Source: Candidatus Micrarchaeota archaeon
Lineage (GTDB): Archaea; Micrarchaeota; Micrarchaeia; Burarchaeales; Fermentimicrarchaeaceae
NCBI GenBank assembly: GCA_013425335.1
Contig: JACCLG010000050.1
Span: forward strand, 17,532-81,531
DNA: 64,000 nucleotides
Direction of reading: 5' to 3'
Shown: piece after piece, positions 28,941 to 38,442 of the stretch
Layout: each line of letters starts with the position of its first letter
How positions within the stretch are numbered: position 1 is the stretch's first letter
Notes under the pieces: generated by a model
What the model was told of the DNA's origin: nothing
The model's database searches: none
The model's input: the letters and a program-made list of their open reading frames with translations, nothing else
Position numbers and translations under genes: made by a program

Positions 28941-29407
28941 CCGGCCATGCCCGCGGTGAAAACATCAAAAGCATCAAAAGCAGGAAAATAAACCGCAGGT
29001 AAATCGGCAGCAAATCAGGTAAAATCGGTAAAAACATCAAAAAACTCGCTAATTTCAGTTCGGGTATAAAACAACTCGTATTCATTCGGTGAAACCGGCT
29101 GCTTCCTGCTGTATGCTGCCGTCTGAGCAGCATGTTTTTCAGTTTCACTGTTTCTGCCTCTCCGAAGAGAAACTGACTTAAACCTGCTCAGGCGTAAACC
29201 GCTTTTTCTGGCAGGAAATTCAGGAATCAGGAGTGAAACTGGCGGTTTTTCAGCTTTTTCTCATTTTCAGAGGTGCTGGACTGCGTCGTTTTCCGGCTTA
29301 TCCCGGTTTAGGCGCCTGTTTCACAGGCATTTTTGAATGGTATATTATACCTATTTTATTCTTGTCGGTCTACAGAAATCCAAGCGTTATTGTAAGTGTG
29401 ATTACTG
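28941..29407. repeat. ORF-free region with iteron-like short direct/inverted repeats
   Basis: 'gtgaaac(c/t)gg' at about 29090 and 29233 (direct) and about 29139 (inverted); 'catcaaaag' x2; 'aaatcgg' x3; inverted repeat gctgc...gcagc at about 29105-29130; composition atypical for the flanking DNA. Confidence 0.5.
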
Positions 29408-29623
29408 TTAAAAATTTACTCTTAATCTGTTTCCAAATTCGGAAATGAAAGCCAAGAATATACCAAATATCATAATAAAAAATCCTATGATATTACCAAT
29501 TATATTACCTGCTGTTAACATATAACCTAAGCCAACTAGGGATAGAATTGCTCCGATAAATGCAAGAGGTTTATCTGTTGCTAGCTTAACGATTATGTCA
29601 ACTTTATTATCTGACATAGTCAA
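29408..29623 (-). CDS. Small membrane protein (71 aa, 2 TM)
   Basis: Hydrophobic helices; lies in the AT-rich island. Confidence 0.35.
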   Translation of the reverse strand: MTMSDNKVDIIVKLATDKPLAFIGAILSLVGLGYMLTAGNIIGNIIGFFIMIFGIFLAFISEFGNRLRVNF

Positions 29624-29645
29624 TCACCTCTTTAATCAATAATAA

Positions 29646-30563
29646 CTATGAATTGCCAAATCCTTTCCACAGCACACCACATGTTGGAAAGCTAGTAAAA
29701 TTGATTGCAGTAGACTGTTCTGCCGGACTAAGTGGAAATTCCCACTTTGAGATTACCCTTAAATGTCTAATTTCATGTGGTTCTAAATCAATGCTCATAT
29801 ATTGCTTTCCATTAAGCATTATTACTACAGCTAAACCTGTATCCTTATCACAGTAACTATATCCACTCTGCGGTTCTATAACGTAACTCCTTATCTCCTC
29901 ATCTTCAAAATTTTTTATCGTATAGTCCGAAACTGCATAAATCGCATTATCTTGTAACCTAAAAAAACCTATTTTTACAGCAGGAATATTAGTTTCGCAT
30001 ACATTTATAGAAGTGGACTGGTAATTCCTTCCAATAAGAGTAGCATCACAACTCATCTTGTTTAAGTCGACCTCCTGCCCGATATACACGTCCAAACTTG
30101 TGCTTTTAACTTTGAAAGCGTTAGTGTCAATATCAAGATATATTGTATTAGTCATATTATTTCCACCGTTTGAATAATACCAGCTTTCTTGTGTAAACAC
30201 TTTCACATAAGGGTTCTCTTCTACTCTTAGGAGACTGAGATAAGCATTCCCAGGAAGCTCTACGGAAAAATTATCCGACCTCTCAAAAAAAGGTAGATTG
30301 GGAAATAATGCCGTATCGATATCGTAAGTAAGTTTCGAAATTTTGAAATATTCTATATCGTACCCCCCATTCCCATTTGCCACCGGTCCTCCGTATAAAT
30401 ACATGGGTTGGCTTTTGACATCAGAAATTCTAGGTGAAAAAATCGGTTGGATTGCTTGATTGGATATAAAATAAGCCAAGACGGTTATAACTAAACCCAC
30501 AATGGCCTTAATAATTAAACTTTGCGTATCCATTTTCTTTGCCACAAGTTCACCATTATACAT
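29646..30563 (-). CDS. Membrane-anchored/secreted hypothetical protein (305 aa)
   Basis: N-terminal TM then a beta-rich Asn/Tyr-rich domain; AT-rich codon usage. Confidence 0.5.
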   Translation of the reverse strand: MYNGELVAKKMDTQSLIIKAIVGLVITVLAYFISNQAIQPIFSPRISDVKSQPMYLYGGPVANGNGGYDIEYFKISKLTYDIDTALFPNLPFFERSDNFSVELPGNAYLSLLRVEENPYVKVFTQESWYYSNGGNNMTNTIYLDIDTNAFKVKSTSLDVYIGQEVDLNKMSCDATLIGRNYQSTSINVCETNIPAVKIGFFRLQDNAIYAVSDYTIKNFEDEEIRSYVIEPQSGYSYCDKDTGLAVVIMLNGKQYMSIDLEPHEIRHLRVISKWEFPLSPAEQSTAINFTSFPTCGVLWKGFGNS

Positions 30564-30661
30564 TTTATCTCTGTAAGATTATAAATCTACTCCATCACTG
30601 GAAAGGTACCCCTTCGTGAAGTTTATAAACCATTAATACGAAGGATAATATAGGTGGATTT

Positions 30662-31507
30662 GTGGCAGAAGAGAAAGCAAAAATTACGGGCCTACTAAAT
30701 AAACTCTACGTAAAAGACTGCATAGAATTCATGCGTGAGTTACCGGAAAAATGTATAGACGTTATTGTAACTTCACCTCCTTATAACATCGGCAAAGATT
30801 ATTCAGTTTATAATGATGACAAGACTAGACAGGGATACCTTGACTGGATGGAAAAGGTAGCGGTTGGAAGTAAAAGAGTTCTAAAGGAGAATGGTTCTTT
30901 CTTCTTAAATGTTGGTGGCAAACCATCTGATCTTGTAATACCGTATGATGTTGAAAACCGTTTTAGGAGGCATTTTATTTTGCAGAATGATATAATCTGG
31001 GTTAAATCTATAGCAATAACTAAAGAAGACGTAGGGAAGAGTAATGGACTGGACCATGATGTTTTGGTAGGGCACTATAAACCGATCCAAAGCAGCCGTT
31101 TTCTGAATAATTGCCACGAGAACATCTTTCACTTTACAAAAGAGGGTAAAACAAGCCTCCATAAACTTTCTATCGGTGTCCCATATCAATACAAATCAAA
31201 TATAGCACGCTGGGGCAAAAAACAGGATATACGAGACAGAGGCGATGTTTGGTTTATCCCTTATGAGACGATACAGGAGCGTCGTCCGCATCCTGCTGTT
31301 TTTCCAAAGAAACTCCCTCTATTATGTGTAAAATTACATGGAGTTAAGAAGGATATGATTGTTTATGACCCATTTGTTGGAATAGGAACTACTGCTTTAG
31401 CTTGTTTAGACTTAAAAGTAAACTACTTAGGTACTGATGTAGACCATAATTACATCAAAATTGCAAATGAAAGAATTGAGGAAATAAAGGCACAATTAAA
31501 GCTTTGA
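30662..31507 (+). CDS. DNA methyltransferase, beta-class amino-MTase (N4-cytosine or N6-adenine)
   Basis: Motif IV TSPPY near the N-terminus and motif I DPFVGIGTT near the C-terminus, which is the circularly permuted beta-class order. Confidence 0.8.
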   Translation: MAEEKAKITGLLNKLYVKDCIEFMRELPEKCIDVIVTSPPYNIGKDYSVYNDDKTRQGYLDWMEKVAVGSKRVLKENGSFFLNVGGKPSDLVIPYDVENRFRRHFILQNDIIWVKSIAITKEDVGKSNGLDHDVLVGHYKPIQSSRFLNNCHENIFHFTKEGKTSLHKLSIGVPYQYKSNIARWGKKQDIRDRGDVWFIPYETIQERRPHPAVFPKKLPLLCVKLHGVKKDMIVYDPFVGIGTTALACLDLKVNYLGTDVDHNYIKIANERIEEIKAQLKL

Positions 31508-32002
31508 TTGTGATCCAGCCATACTGCTTAAAAGTTGGAGTGCTTTTTCACGAGAAATTTTTGTAGTAGTGCCCAATTCTCCAGCTTTCCACCACGAACG
31601 TACTTGTTCTGAAGTTATTATCCAAAAAGGAACATCCGGGAATTTTTCTATGTCCGACACTATATATCCCTTAATCTCTTTGAGTTTTACTAAAAATCCT
31701 TCTTCCTCAAAAGAACGCTTCGAACCAACCATATAACTGGGGGAAAAATATATTCCACCCTTGCTAATACTTCTGACTTCCCACTTTCCACCTTCTCTAT
31801 CTAAGAGGTCAAAACCTGCTCCTTCACTTGAGGCAAGCTTCCCATGCAAAACCTCATAAGCAAGCCGTCTTTCCAATAGAAATGAAACACGGCGCCCATC
31901 TGTAAAATAAAGGCGAACATCATCCTTGCCTATTTTTAATGCCTTAGCAATTTCTTCAATATTCCATTTGAGATAACCTTCGATTTTGCCCATGACAATC
32001 AC
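31496..32002 (-). CDS. Putative restriction endonuclease (PD-(D/E)xK-like) partnered with the methyltransferase
   Basis: 168 aa; candidate catalytic pattern FDLLD...EVRS; tail-to-tail 12-nt overlap with the MTase gene, typical of type II R-M pairs. Confidence 0.35.
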   Translation of the reverse strand: MIVMGKIEGYLKWNIEEIAKALKIGKDDVRLYFTDGRRVSFLLERRLAYEVLHGKLASSEGAGFDLLDREGGKWEVRSISKGGIYFSPSYMVGSKRSFEEEGFLVKLKEIKGYIVSDIEKFPDVPFWIITSEQVRSWWKAGELGTTTKISREKALQLLSSMAGSQSKL

Positions 32003-32010
32003 CGAGAGAC

Positions 32011-33975
32011 TCAGCTTTTATCTTTAAAATCATCGATTAAGCCATTTATATTACTAAACAGAGAGTCATTTATAACACTAAGCAGTTTTGTGAAAGACCG
32101 TTTTAAGTTATTTGGATAATTGGTAAAGTCATATCCAATTTGTTTAGCTAATTCTGAGCTTTCTTTCTTTTTTTGTTTATCATTTGATATATGCGTCAGA
32201 TGTCTACGGATACCCCTAAGCAATTTAACAGAATTTTCAATCTCATTTTGCTGCTTTTCACTTGCGTTTAGATACTTCGAAAATTCTTTTAAAGCTTCAA
32301 CATCCCCGCTGCAACTTTTGCCTAACTTATCTTCTATTTCTTTTTTATTTAAGTTTTCAATAATTAATTGATTTAGTAAATCAACACCCTGATCAAATTC
32401 TAAAGGCGTTTGTACCTCTTTCGGGAAATAAACAATTTTAACCACTTTATCAGTCGGTATATCATGAAATAATCCAAAATTAAGTTTATTGTTACTAATA
32501 CCATTTGTCTCATTAATGCGTCCGATTATTGAAATCAGCGTCAATTCAGTAAGCGTACTACTTACCAGATCCTTACTATTCCCTACTAGTCTTTTTGAAA
32601 GCTCATCAGTTGCCTTGTTAATTTCTCTGAATGTTAGGCATTGACCATACTTTTTCTCACTAAATTCTTCATCTCTAATACTTTCGAGTTTAGTTTCAAA
32701 ATCCTCTTTCGATGGTTTTCTTTTGCGAATTAAAGCAAGAATAACTGGCAGTATACTAAGAAATACATTTATGCCCTGTCTTTTTGTAATTACATAGTTA
32801 TCCCTATCGTTCCACTGCTTTTCAAAACAACTCTTTATAGCGCTTAGATAGTTGATTAGTATTACCACTATCTCTTTTTCATCACGAGACTTCAATTCCC
32901 TCTCCATAAGTTTTGGAAGAACATAAAATTGACTATTACCAATCCACTTCTTAGTCTGCCATTCATGTATCCTAATTTTTTTATATAGAGGTGAATTCGG
33001 CATTTCATTTAATCTATGGACTACCACAGCAGTTCTTCCTTTAGTATCATCTATTTTCTGCAATCTAAATAATAACCAATTACGCAAAGTTGCGGGGACT
33101 CTTTTTTGATTATCATTAATCTCTGTGAAAAGAGATATTTTCCTAGTAGATTCTAACTCTTCGAAGCCAGTAATAATAATCTTAAATTTATCAGGGGTTT
33201 TTTGCTTCTTGCATTCTTTAAAACCGTATAATCTATGCTGACCGTCTATTACTTCAACCGATTGCTCTACTAATGGAATTTCGAGATAGCCTTGTTCAAA
33301 TACTCCTTTCTTAGTTGTTGTAAAATTAACTCGTTTAGTGAAGTTGACTATAATGTTATTCGCAAGAATAGCTTTTGGTTTGTCAAGAAAAGAACCTATC
33401 TCTTTTAGTCTTTTTGGTTTTAAATATCGTTGATAACCTAGCGGCGTATTCTCTTCATCTCGGTCAACTTTGGCGATTTTGAGTAAATCTGTCGCTCTCA
33501 TAGCAAATATGTACATTTTTTCTTTTCCTTGCTTGACTCGAATCGATGGTACTGATATTAACTGAGGAGGGATTTCAAAAAATTTCTCTATCAAAATTGA
33601 TGCATAATCTTTCTTGTAAAGTTTCGAATTTTGCCAATAACTCCCCAACATAGGTTCGTCCCATATTATTATTCCTCTACTTTTTGCCCATTCTTTATTT
33701 TTTGAGCTAACCCTCTTAGAATCGAAAACTAAAAGGCCACATATCTTGTTTATTTTCTTTCTATCTAATTCGTGGACTATGCCATCTAATTCCCGAACAC
33801 AAGTTTTAACATTACGCCCCTTAGCCATCGTACATTCAATTATTAGTTTAAACTCTCTGAAACTTGCAACCACATCAATTTCTTTATCAGCTAACTCAAT
33901 TTTGGTTTTTACTTTAAATCCTGCATTTCTAAAAAGTTTGGCTACCTTTTTTTCAGTTCGATTAAGTCTTGGCAT
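32011..33975 (-). CDS. Fusion protein: N-terminal Mrr-like PD-(D/E)xK domain + DGQHR (DndB-like, ParB/Srx superfamily) domain
   Basis: N-terminal restriction-endonuclease-like fold (IDVVA...IIECT...K); DGQHR motif EVIDGQHRLYGF; 654 aa. Confidence 0.6.
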   Translation of the reverse strand: MPRLNRTEKKVAKLFRNAGFKVKTKIELADKEIDVVASFREFKLIIECTMAKGRNVKTCVRELDGIVHELDRKKINKICGLLVFDSKRVSSKNKEWAKSRGIIIWDEPMLGSYWQNSKLYKKDYASILIEKFFEIPPQLISVPSIRVKQGKEKMYIFAMRATDLLKIAKVDRDEENTPLGYQRYLKPKRLKEIGSFLDKPKAILANNIIVNFTKRVNFTTTKKGVFEQGYLEIPLVEQSVEVIDGQHRLYGFKECKKQKTPDKFKIIITGFEELESTRKISLFTEINDNQKRVPATLRNWLLFRLQKIDDTKGRTAVVVHRLNEMPNSPLYKKIRIHEWQTKKWIGNSQFYVLPKLMERELKSRDEKEIVVILINYLSAIKSCFEKQWNDRDNYVITKRQGINVFLSILPVILALIRKRKPSKEDFETKLESIRDEEFSEKKYGQCLTFREINKATDELSKRLVGNSKDLVSSTLTELTLISIIGRINETNGISNNKLNFGLFHDIPTDKVVKIVYFPKEVQTPLEFDQGVDLLNQLIIENLNKKEIEDKLGKSCSGDVEALKEFSKYLNASEKQQNEIENSVKLLRGIRRHLTHISNDKQKKKESSELAKQIGYDFTNYPNNLKRSFTKLLSVINDSLFSNINGLIDDFKDKS

Positions 33976-34063
33976 ACACTCCCTCGGATTACAGCAATAC
34001 GATTATTATTTGTGTTGTATATTAAGCTTTTTATTACGATACTTGCTTCATAACATATAACGT

Positions 34064-34324
34064 TCACACGCTCACGTACGGAGCATATTCATCCATGTGA
34101 CTGAATTTCACCCTATCCTGCTGTTCTTTCTCCAGTTCCATTTTTATGTGTGACTCCACGAAGCTCTTCACGTAAGGATGTTCGTATAACACTATAACTT
34201 CATTAAATCCGTCCTCAAAATCTTTCTTTATATTAGTCAGGGCGTTCTTGTATTCAAAAGTAACTTCAACTGCAATTCTTTTCTTATGGGGGCTTTTTTC
34301 AGTAGGAAATACCGCAACATCCAC
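34064..34324 (-). CDS. Hypothetical protein (86 aa)
   Basis: ORF only. Confidence 0.3.
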   Translation of the reverse strand: MDVAVFPTEKSPHKKRIAVEVTFEYKNALTNIKKDFEDGFNEVIVLYEHPYVKSFVESHIKMELEKEQQDRVKFSHMDEYAPYVSV

Positions 34325-34348
34325 TCTCCCGCCTCTTCCTCTCGAACA

Positions 34349-35050
34349 TTACTCCTCCAGCTCCTTAACCACCTTCACTATCCCCTCAAACCTCTCAATT
34401 GTGAAATCCGCAACATTCTCCTCCTCGGAATACCTCTGGCATCCATACTTTGCCAGGCAGGTTAGGAGCCCTGCTTTCTTTGCTCCAATTATGTCTCTCT
34501 CAGGATTATCTCCAACAAACAAAGCCTCCCTCGGAGACACTCCCAGCAGGTGAACCACCCTGAGGAAAGGCTGTTTCGACGGCTTCAACTCCTTTGTATC
34601 CTCATATGTCACAACAACGTCAAAAAGATGGTCCAGTCCTGAGAGGATGAGCCTCTGCCACGCCTTCTCCCTGGGCGCATCTGAGACTATCCCAAGCTTG
34701 TAGCTCTGCTTAAGCTTCTTCAGAGTGCCCACAACTTTCGGCCTCGGTCTCAGCAAAGCGTATTTCTTCTTCTCATATGCGATTATTGCAGCCTGCTTCG
34801 CATGCTCGTGCAGATGCGGGCCCAGAACATAGCCTGAGAGAAGCTCCTCAAACGTTCTCTGGTACTCTATTCCTCTTGTTTCGTATATTGCGAATATCTT
34901 CCCGTAAAGCTCCCTCTCCCCTGCCTTCACCCCTGCTTCCCGGATGGCTTTGGCTGCAGCAAGCGCGCTCTCCCTCTTGAAGCCTGAGAAGTCAAGCAAT
35001 GTGTTGTCCAGGTCAAAAACAATTGCCTTAATCATATAAAATCCACTCAT
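34349..35050 (-). CDS. HAD-superfamily hydrolase (subfamily IA)
   Basis: Motif I IVFDLDNTL, motif III K, motif IV GDNPERDI; GC-rich host-like composition. Confidence 0.75.
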   Translation of the reverse strand: MSGFYMIKAIVFDLDNTLLDFSGFKRESALAAAKAIREAGVKAGERELYGKIFAIYETRGIEYQRTFEELLSGYVLGPHLHEHAKQAAIIAYEKKKYALLRPRPKVVGTLKKLKQSYKLGIVSDAPREKAWQRLILSGLDHLFDVVVTYEDTKELKPSKQPFLRVVHLLGVSPREALFVGDNPERDIIGAKKAGLLTCLAKYGCQRYSEEENVADFTIERFEGIVKVVKELEE

Positions 35051-35064
35051 ACCAAATATTCTTA

Positions 35065-35085
35065 GGTATATTAAGATTGCTTTGG
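35065..35085 (-). promoter_or_regulatory. 21-nt promoter cassette 'c(c)aaagcaatcttaatatac' (TATA 'ttaatata'), copy A, upstream of the HAD hydrolase gene
   Basis: Identical 19-21-mer also at 39498-39518 and 40009-40029, each 15-55 nt upstream of a minus-strand start codon. Confidence 0.55.
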
Positions 35086-35096
35086 CTTTAATGTAT

Positions 35097-36089
35097 TCAG
35101 CTATCCCTATTCATATCTTTCCCAAATTCTTTAGATACTAATTCACGAAACGTTGTCTTAAATGAAACTTGGTGCTTTGGTCCACCCATAGTAATCTCCC
35201 TAAAAAGTTTTCGTGGCTCACCATCGATAACATATACTTTATGCTCCCAATTTAGACTAGAATCCCATCCTTCTTCTTTTACCCATTTTATATACTCGTT
35301 TTTAGCTTTGCAACCTCTCCAGCTTTCTTTAGCAGTTTCGATTTTCGTTTCTTTAACTTTACAGATATGAGTTATTGCACTGGGTAAACCATTTTTTCTA
35401 TGCGTTTCGATTACTGCTATATACAAAGCATCAGCAGCACCAGTATTTTGTACTATTATATTTTTTTCTTTTAATAGTTTGAAAAACATAGGCTTAGTAT
35501 ATACCGCAAGTACTTCAACAACATCTTCAATACGTTGTTCATCCATCTTTTTTATACTATTCATCATATCACCTATCCATACATTAAACATCTTCGTCAT
35601 TTTCTTTGTTGATTTTTCTGATAAGTCTATTAAATACTGCCAAGAATATGTTAAAAATTCTGTTTTTTCTAATTTCAACTCGCTTTGGATACTCTCAGTC
35701 TCTTCAGAAGTCAGATCTCGTTTTGTCACATATACCAAACGTATATTTGGAAAGTAGGCTCTTTGTTTGAGCAGGAAATCTGCATAATTCTTAAGCTGAG
35801 AAACGTATTCAGGTTTGTGTTCAATAATTTTTGATTCTATAATCACCATAAACTCATTTTGCTTGCGTATCATCAGATCAGTTATTCCATAAGGTTCAAT
35901 AGATTCTTGAGTTCTTATTCTAACGTCTCTGATTTTGGAATTGGGTAACTTAAGCTCTTTTAAGAATTCAGTAAAAACCTGTTGATCACTATGCAGAATG
36001 AAACCAAAAGAAATAGATAAACGATTTTCTGTTCGAGGATTTTTCGGCAATCTCGCTTGCACAAAGTCAAATATATTATCAATATTCAC
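35097..36089 (-). CDS. PD-(D/E)xK nuclease-family protein (330 aa)
   Basis: Motif ITDLMI...VIIESKI (D...ExK); AT-rich. Confidence 0.45.
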   Translation of the reverse strand: MNIDNIFDFVQARLPKNPRTENRLSISFGFILHSDQQVFTEFLKELKLPNSKIRDVRIRTQESIEPYGITDLMIRKQNEFMVIIESKIIEHKPEYVSQLKNYADFLLKQRAYFPNIRLVYVTKRDLTSEETESIQSELKLEKTEFLTYSWQYLIDLSEKSTKKMTKMFNVWIGDMMNSIKKMDEQRIEDVVEVLAVYTKPMFFKLLKEKNIIVQNTGAADALYIAVIETHRKNGLPSAITHICKVKETKIETAKESWRGCKAKNEYIKWVKEEGWDSSLNWEHKVYVIDGEPRKLFREITMGGPKHQVSFKTTFRELVSKEFGKDMNRDS

Positions 36090-36146
36090 TCTAACACCCT
36101 AAGCAATATTTACTATAATTCTGGCTGTACATATCTATTGTTTCCT

Positions 36147-37490
36147 TCAAATCTCGCACTTCCTTCCCTTTTCAGTAACCTCCGTATTCCTGCAAGCAAC
36201 ACCAAACATCCCAGGATTCATCGTATGTACTGGGAAAACCTTCTTGGCATCTATCTCCTTCACAATCTCAAAAATCTCGCTTTTGCTTGCGTGCCCGCTT
36301 GCGTGGAGCTGGTGCCTCCTCATCCCAAAATGCTCCAGCCAGTTCTCCAGCACATCATCAGAAACCTGCGACATCGGGTCCTCCTCGAAAGGCTCGCTCA
36401 TTGAATGGATGCACTCCCCCCCGGAAGGCCTCACATCCACCAGCTCAGTCAACTGCCAGAAGTCCAGCTCGAATATCAGCTCCTTCTGGTTGTCATGAAT
36501 ATACCCAGAATCAACGCAGTCGTCCATCATCGGCTTCTCCCATTTCTTGTATGTTTTCATCTTCCTGCAGTAAACCTCAATATGCTTATCCTTGAAAGGG
36601 TCAGAAAGCCCCAGAGGGTCGTCCTTCAAAGACTGAAGAAGATGGGCGGTTTTCATGGATGTCACCAGCTTCCTCCCGCTTTCCTTCGCAATATCATGGA
36701 AAGTCCTGAACCTGTCCAAGTCTTTCGGGTATCTCATTGCAAGCACAAGCCTGTCAGATTCATGGATAACTTTCTTGCTTTCCTCCTTCACAGACTCCTC
36801 GGAGTAATTCTTCCTTTTTTCCACGTCAAATACCCTGGTTCCTTCTATTATGAGTGCCTCAGGCTCAGCTTCCTTTGCCCTCTGGACGAACTCACGGGTC
36901 ATGTCGCCTCTTGGGCCGTGCTGCCTCAAGTCTCCGGTATAAGCAACCACCCCTTCAGATGTTTCAACAAGGAAGCCGTATGCGCCTGGAACGGAATGGT
37001 CGACATGGATTGGAGTTACCTTCAAATCCCCCACGGAAATCTCCTGCCCGCTCCTGAATTGCCTTATCTCGGCCCCTTCTGCGAAGTATCTGTTGCTCGT
37101 GGTCTCAGCATTGGAGTCAAGTATCTTCTTGGCAGTTTCTCCCATGTAGATAGGTATCCCTGGATGCAGATATTCCAGATGAGCCACATGGTCAAAATGG
37201 GCGTGGGAGATGAAAACCCCGTCAAACCCCGGTTCAGAGGCCTTCAGGTCAGTATGCTCAATTGCCTCATCTGAGTAAAGCCCGTTCAACTTCGGAATAA
37301 GCCCAAATTCGAAGTAATCCCTGAGCCCGAACCTGTCCCTTGGGGAGAGATAAGACTCTGGGACGAAATAATCATCCAGCAGGGAGAAGGACTGCCCGAA
37401 GTCCAGGAATATCCTTGTCTTCCTGTCCTCAAGCAGTATCTTGTTTCCGCCTATCTCCTTTACTCCGCCGAAGAATGTAAGAGATGTCAT
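36147..37490 (-). CDS. rnj: RNase J-like metallo-beta-lactamase / beta-CASP ribonuclease
   Basis: N-terminus FFGGVKEIGGNKILLE; MBL motif HAHFDH; beta-CASP region; about 447 aa as in archaeal RNase J. Confidence 0.75.
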   Translation of the reverse strand: MTSLTFFGGVKEIGGNKILLEDRKTRIFLDFGQSFSLLDDYFVPESYLSPRDRFGLRDYFEFGLIPKLNGLYSDEAIEHTDLKASEPGFDGVFISHAHFDHVAHLEYLHPGIPIYMGETAKKILDSNAETTSNRYFAEGAEIRQFRSGQEISVGDLKVTPIHVDHSVPGAYGFLVETSEGVVAYTGDLRQHGPRGDMTREFVQRAKEAEPEALIIEGTRVFDVEKRKNYSEESVKEESKKVIHESDRLVLAMRYPKDLDRFRTFHDIAKESGRKLVTSMKTAHLLQSLKDDPLGLSDPFKDKHIEVYCRKMKTYKKWEKPMMDDCVDSGYIHDNQKELIFELDFWQLTELVDVRPSGGECIHSMSEPFEEDPMSQVSDDVLENWLEHFGMRRHQLHASGHASKSEIFEIVKEIDAKKVFPVHTMNPGMFGVACRNTEVTEKGRKCEI

Positions 37491-38116
37491 TTATATCCCT
37501 CCAGCAGAAGCCTGCCCCAGAACGTCTGGGAGTACTTCTTTTCATCCTGGTTGAATGATACAAACCCAATGCTCTCAAGGTTGTTCAAATGGCGGAAAAT
37601 GCGGGGGTAATCCTTCCTATCCCCCTTCAAATCATCCACAATCTCTTTCAGCTTCCTGTCCTCTTTCACTGCTTCCAGAACCTTCTTCTGCGAGCTGCTC
37701 AGGACAAATGGAGCCGATATAGGGGGCAGCAGATCAGTTTTGAACCTATCAGCCTTCCTTATTGTTACAATGAGGTGCATTTTCCTCTTGACAAAGAAGG
37801 TTGCGTAGAGCAAAGCCAGCGCGATGTGCCTCTCCCCTCCCCCTATGTGGATGTAAAGCTCGTCATCTTTGCCTGTTGAATTGAGGATGCGGATGCACTC
37901 TCTGACTGCCTTCTCAAACGGTTCGTCTGTTATGAACTCCTCTCTGGTGCTTATCAATGTCTTTATCCTTTCGATTGTATCCCTGACCTTCTCCCTCTCC
38001 GAGCGGTCTTTTGAGTGAATCACAATGGCCCTGTCTGCCCCCGTTTTAACCGCATTCCTTAATGACTCTTCAAAAACCTTGGGGGTAAACCCCACCGACA
38101 TGACGTGAATCCGCAT
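37487..38116 (-). CDS. Csa3-like CARF + winged-HTH regulator
   Basis: N-terminal CARF-like Rossmann start MRIHVMSVGFTPKVF and HIGGGERHIALALL segment; C-terminal wHTH; 4-nt ATGA overlap with the RNase J-like gene. Confidence 0.5.
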   Translation of the reverse strand: MRIHVMSVGFTPKVFEESLRNAVKTGADRAIVIHSKDRSEREKVRDTIERIKTLISTREEFITDEPFEKAVRECIRILNSTGKDDELYIHIGGGERHIALALLYATFFVKRKMHLIVTIRKADRFKTDLLPPISAPFVLSSSQKKVLEAVKEDRKLKEIVDDLKGDRKDYPRIFRHLNNLESIGFVSFNQDEKKYSQTFWGRLLLEGYK

Positions 38117-38223
38117 GGATAGCTATTATCTGTGAAAGTATTTAAAGTTAATGTTTGCTTTTATAAAGCAACTATTTAATAAAAAGAGCAAACATTTAAA
38201 TAGAACTTCCTTCATAATTAAGG

Positions 38224-38409
38224 GTGGGTGATAGTTTGAACGGGAAATTGGTTAGAAGGAGAAGGAAGTGCGGGGGTGCCATCACGGTGGCTACGGAGGG
38301 AATGGTCATAGAAGTGGGCTCGGATAACATCAGGGAGTCTGAGCGCATCGTGAAGAGCATGCTGGAGAGTCTCAAAGAGCCGAAAAAGCAGGTAACCTAT
38401 ATCCGGTGA
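38224..38409 (+). CDS. Small hypothetical protein (61 aa)
   Basis: ORF only. Confidence 0.25.
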   Translation: MGDSLNGKLVRRRRKCGGAITVATEGMVIEVGSDNIRESERIVKSMLESLKEPKKQVTYIR

Positions 38410-38442
38410 TTGGATGTACGAGGAATATGTGGAGGTGGGGAA

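Noticed and set aside
36405-37274. 289-aa +strand ORF antisense to the RNase J-like gene; similar antisense ORFs at 10154-10924, 11103-12505, 24329-25018 and 47230-48093
   Set aside because: All lie inside strongly supported CDSs on the opposite strand and have biased, low-complexity composition with no motifs.
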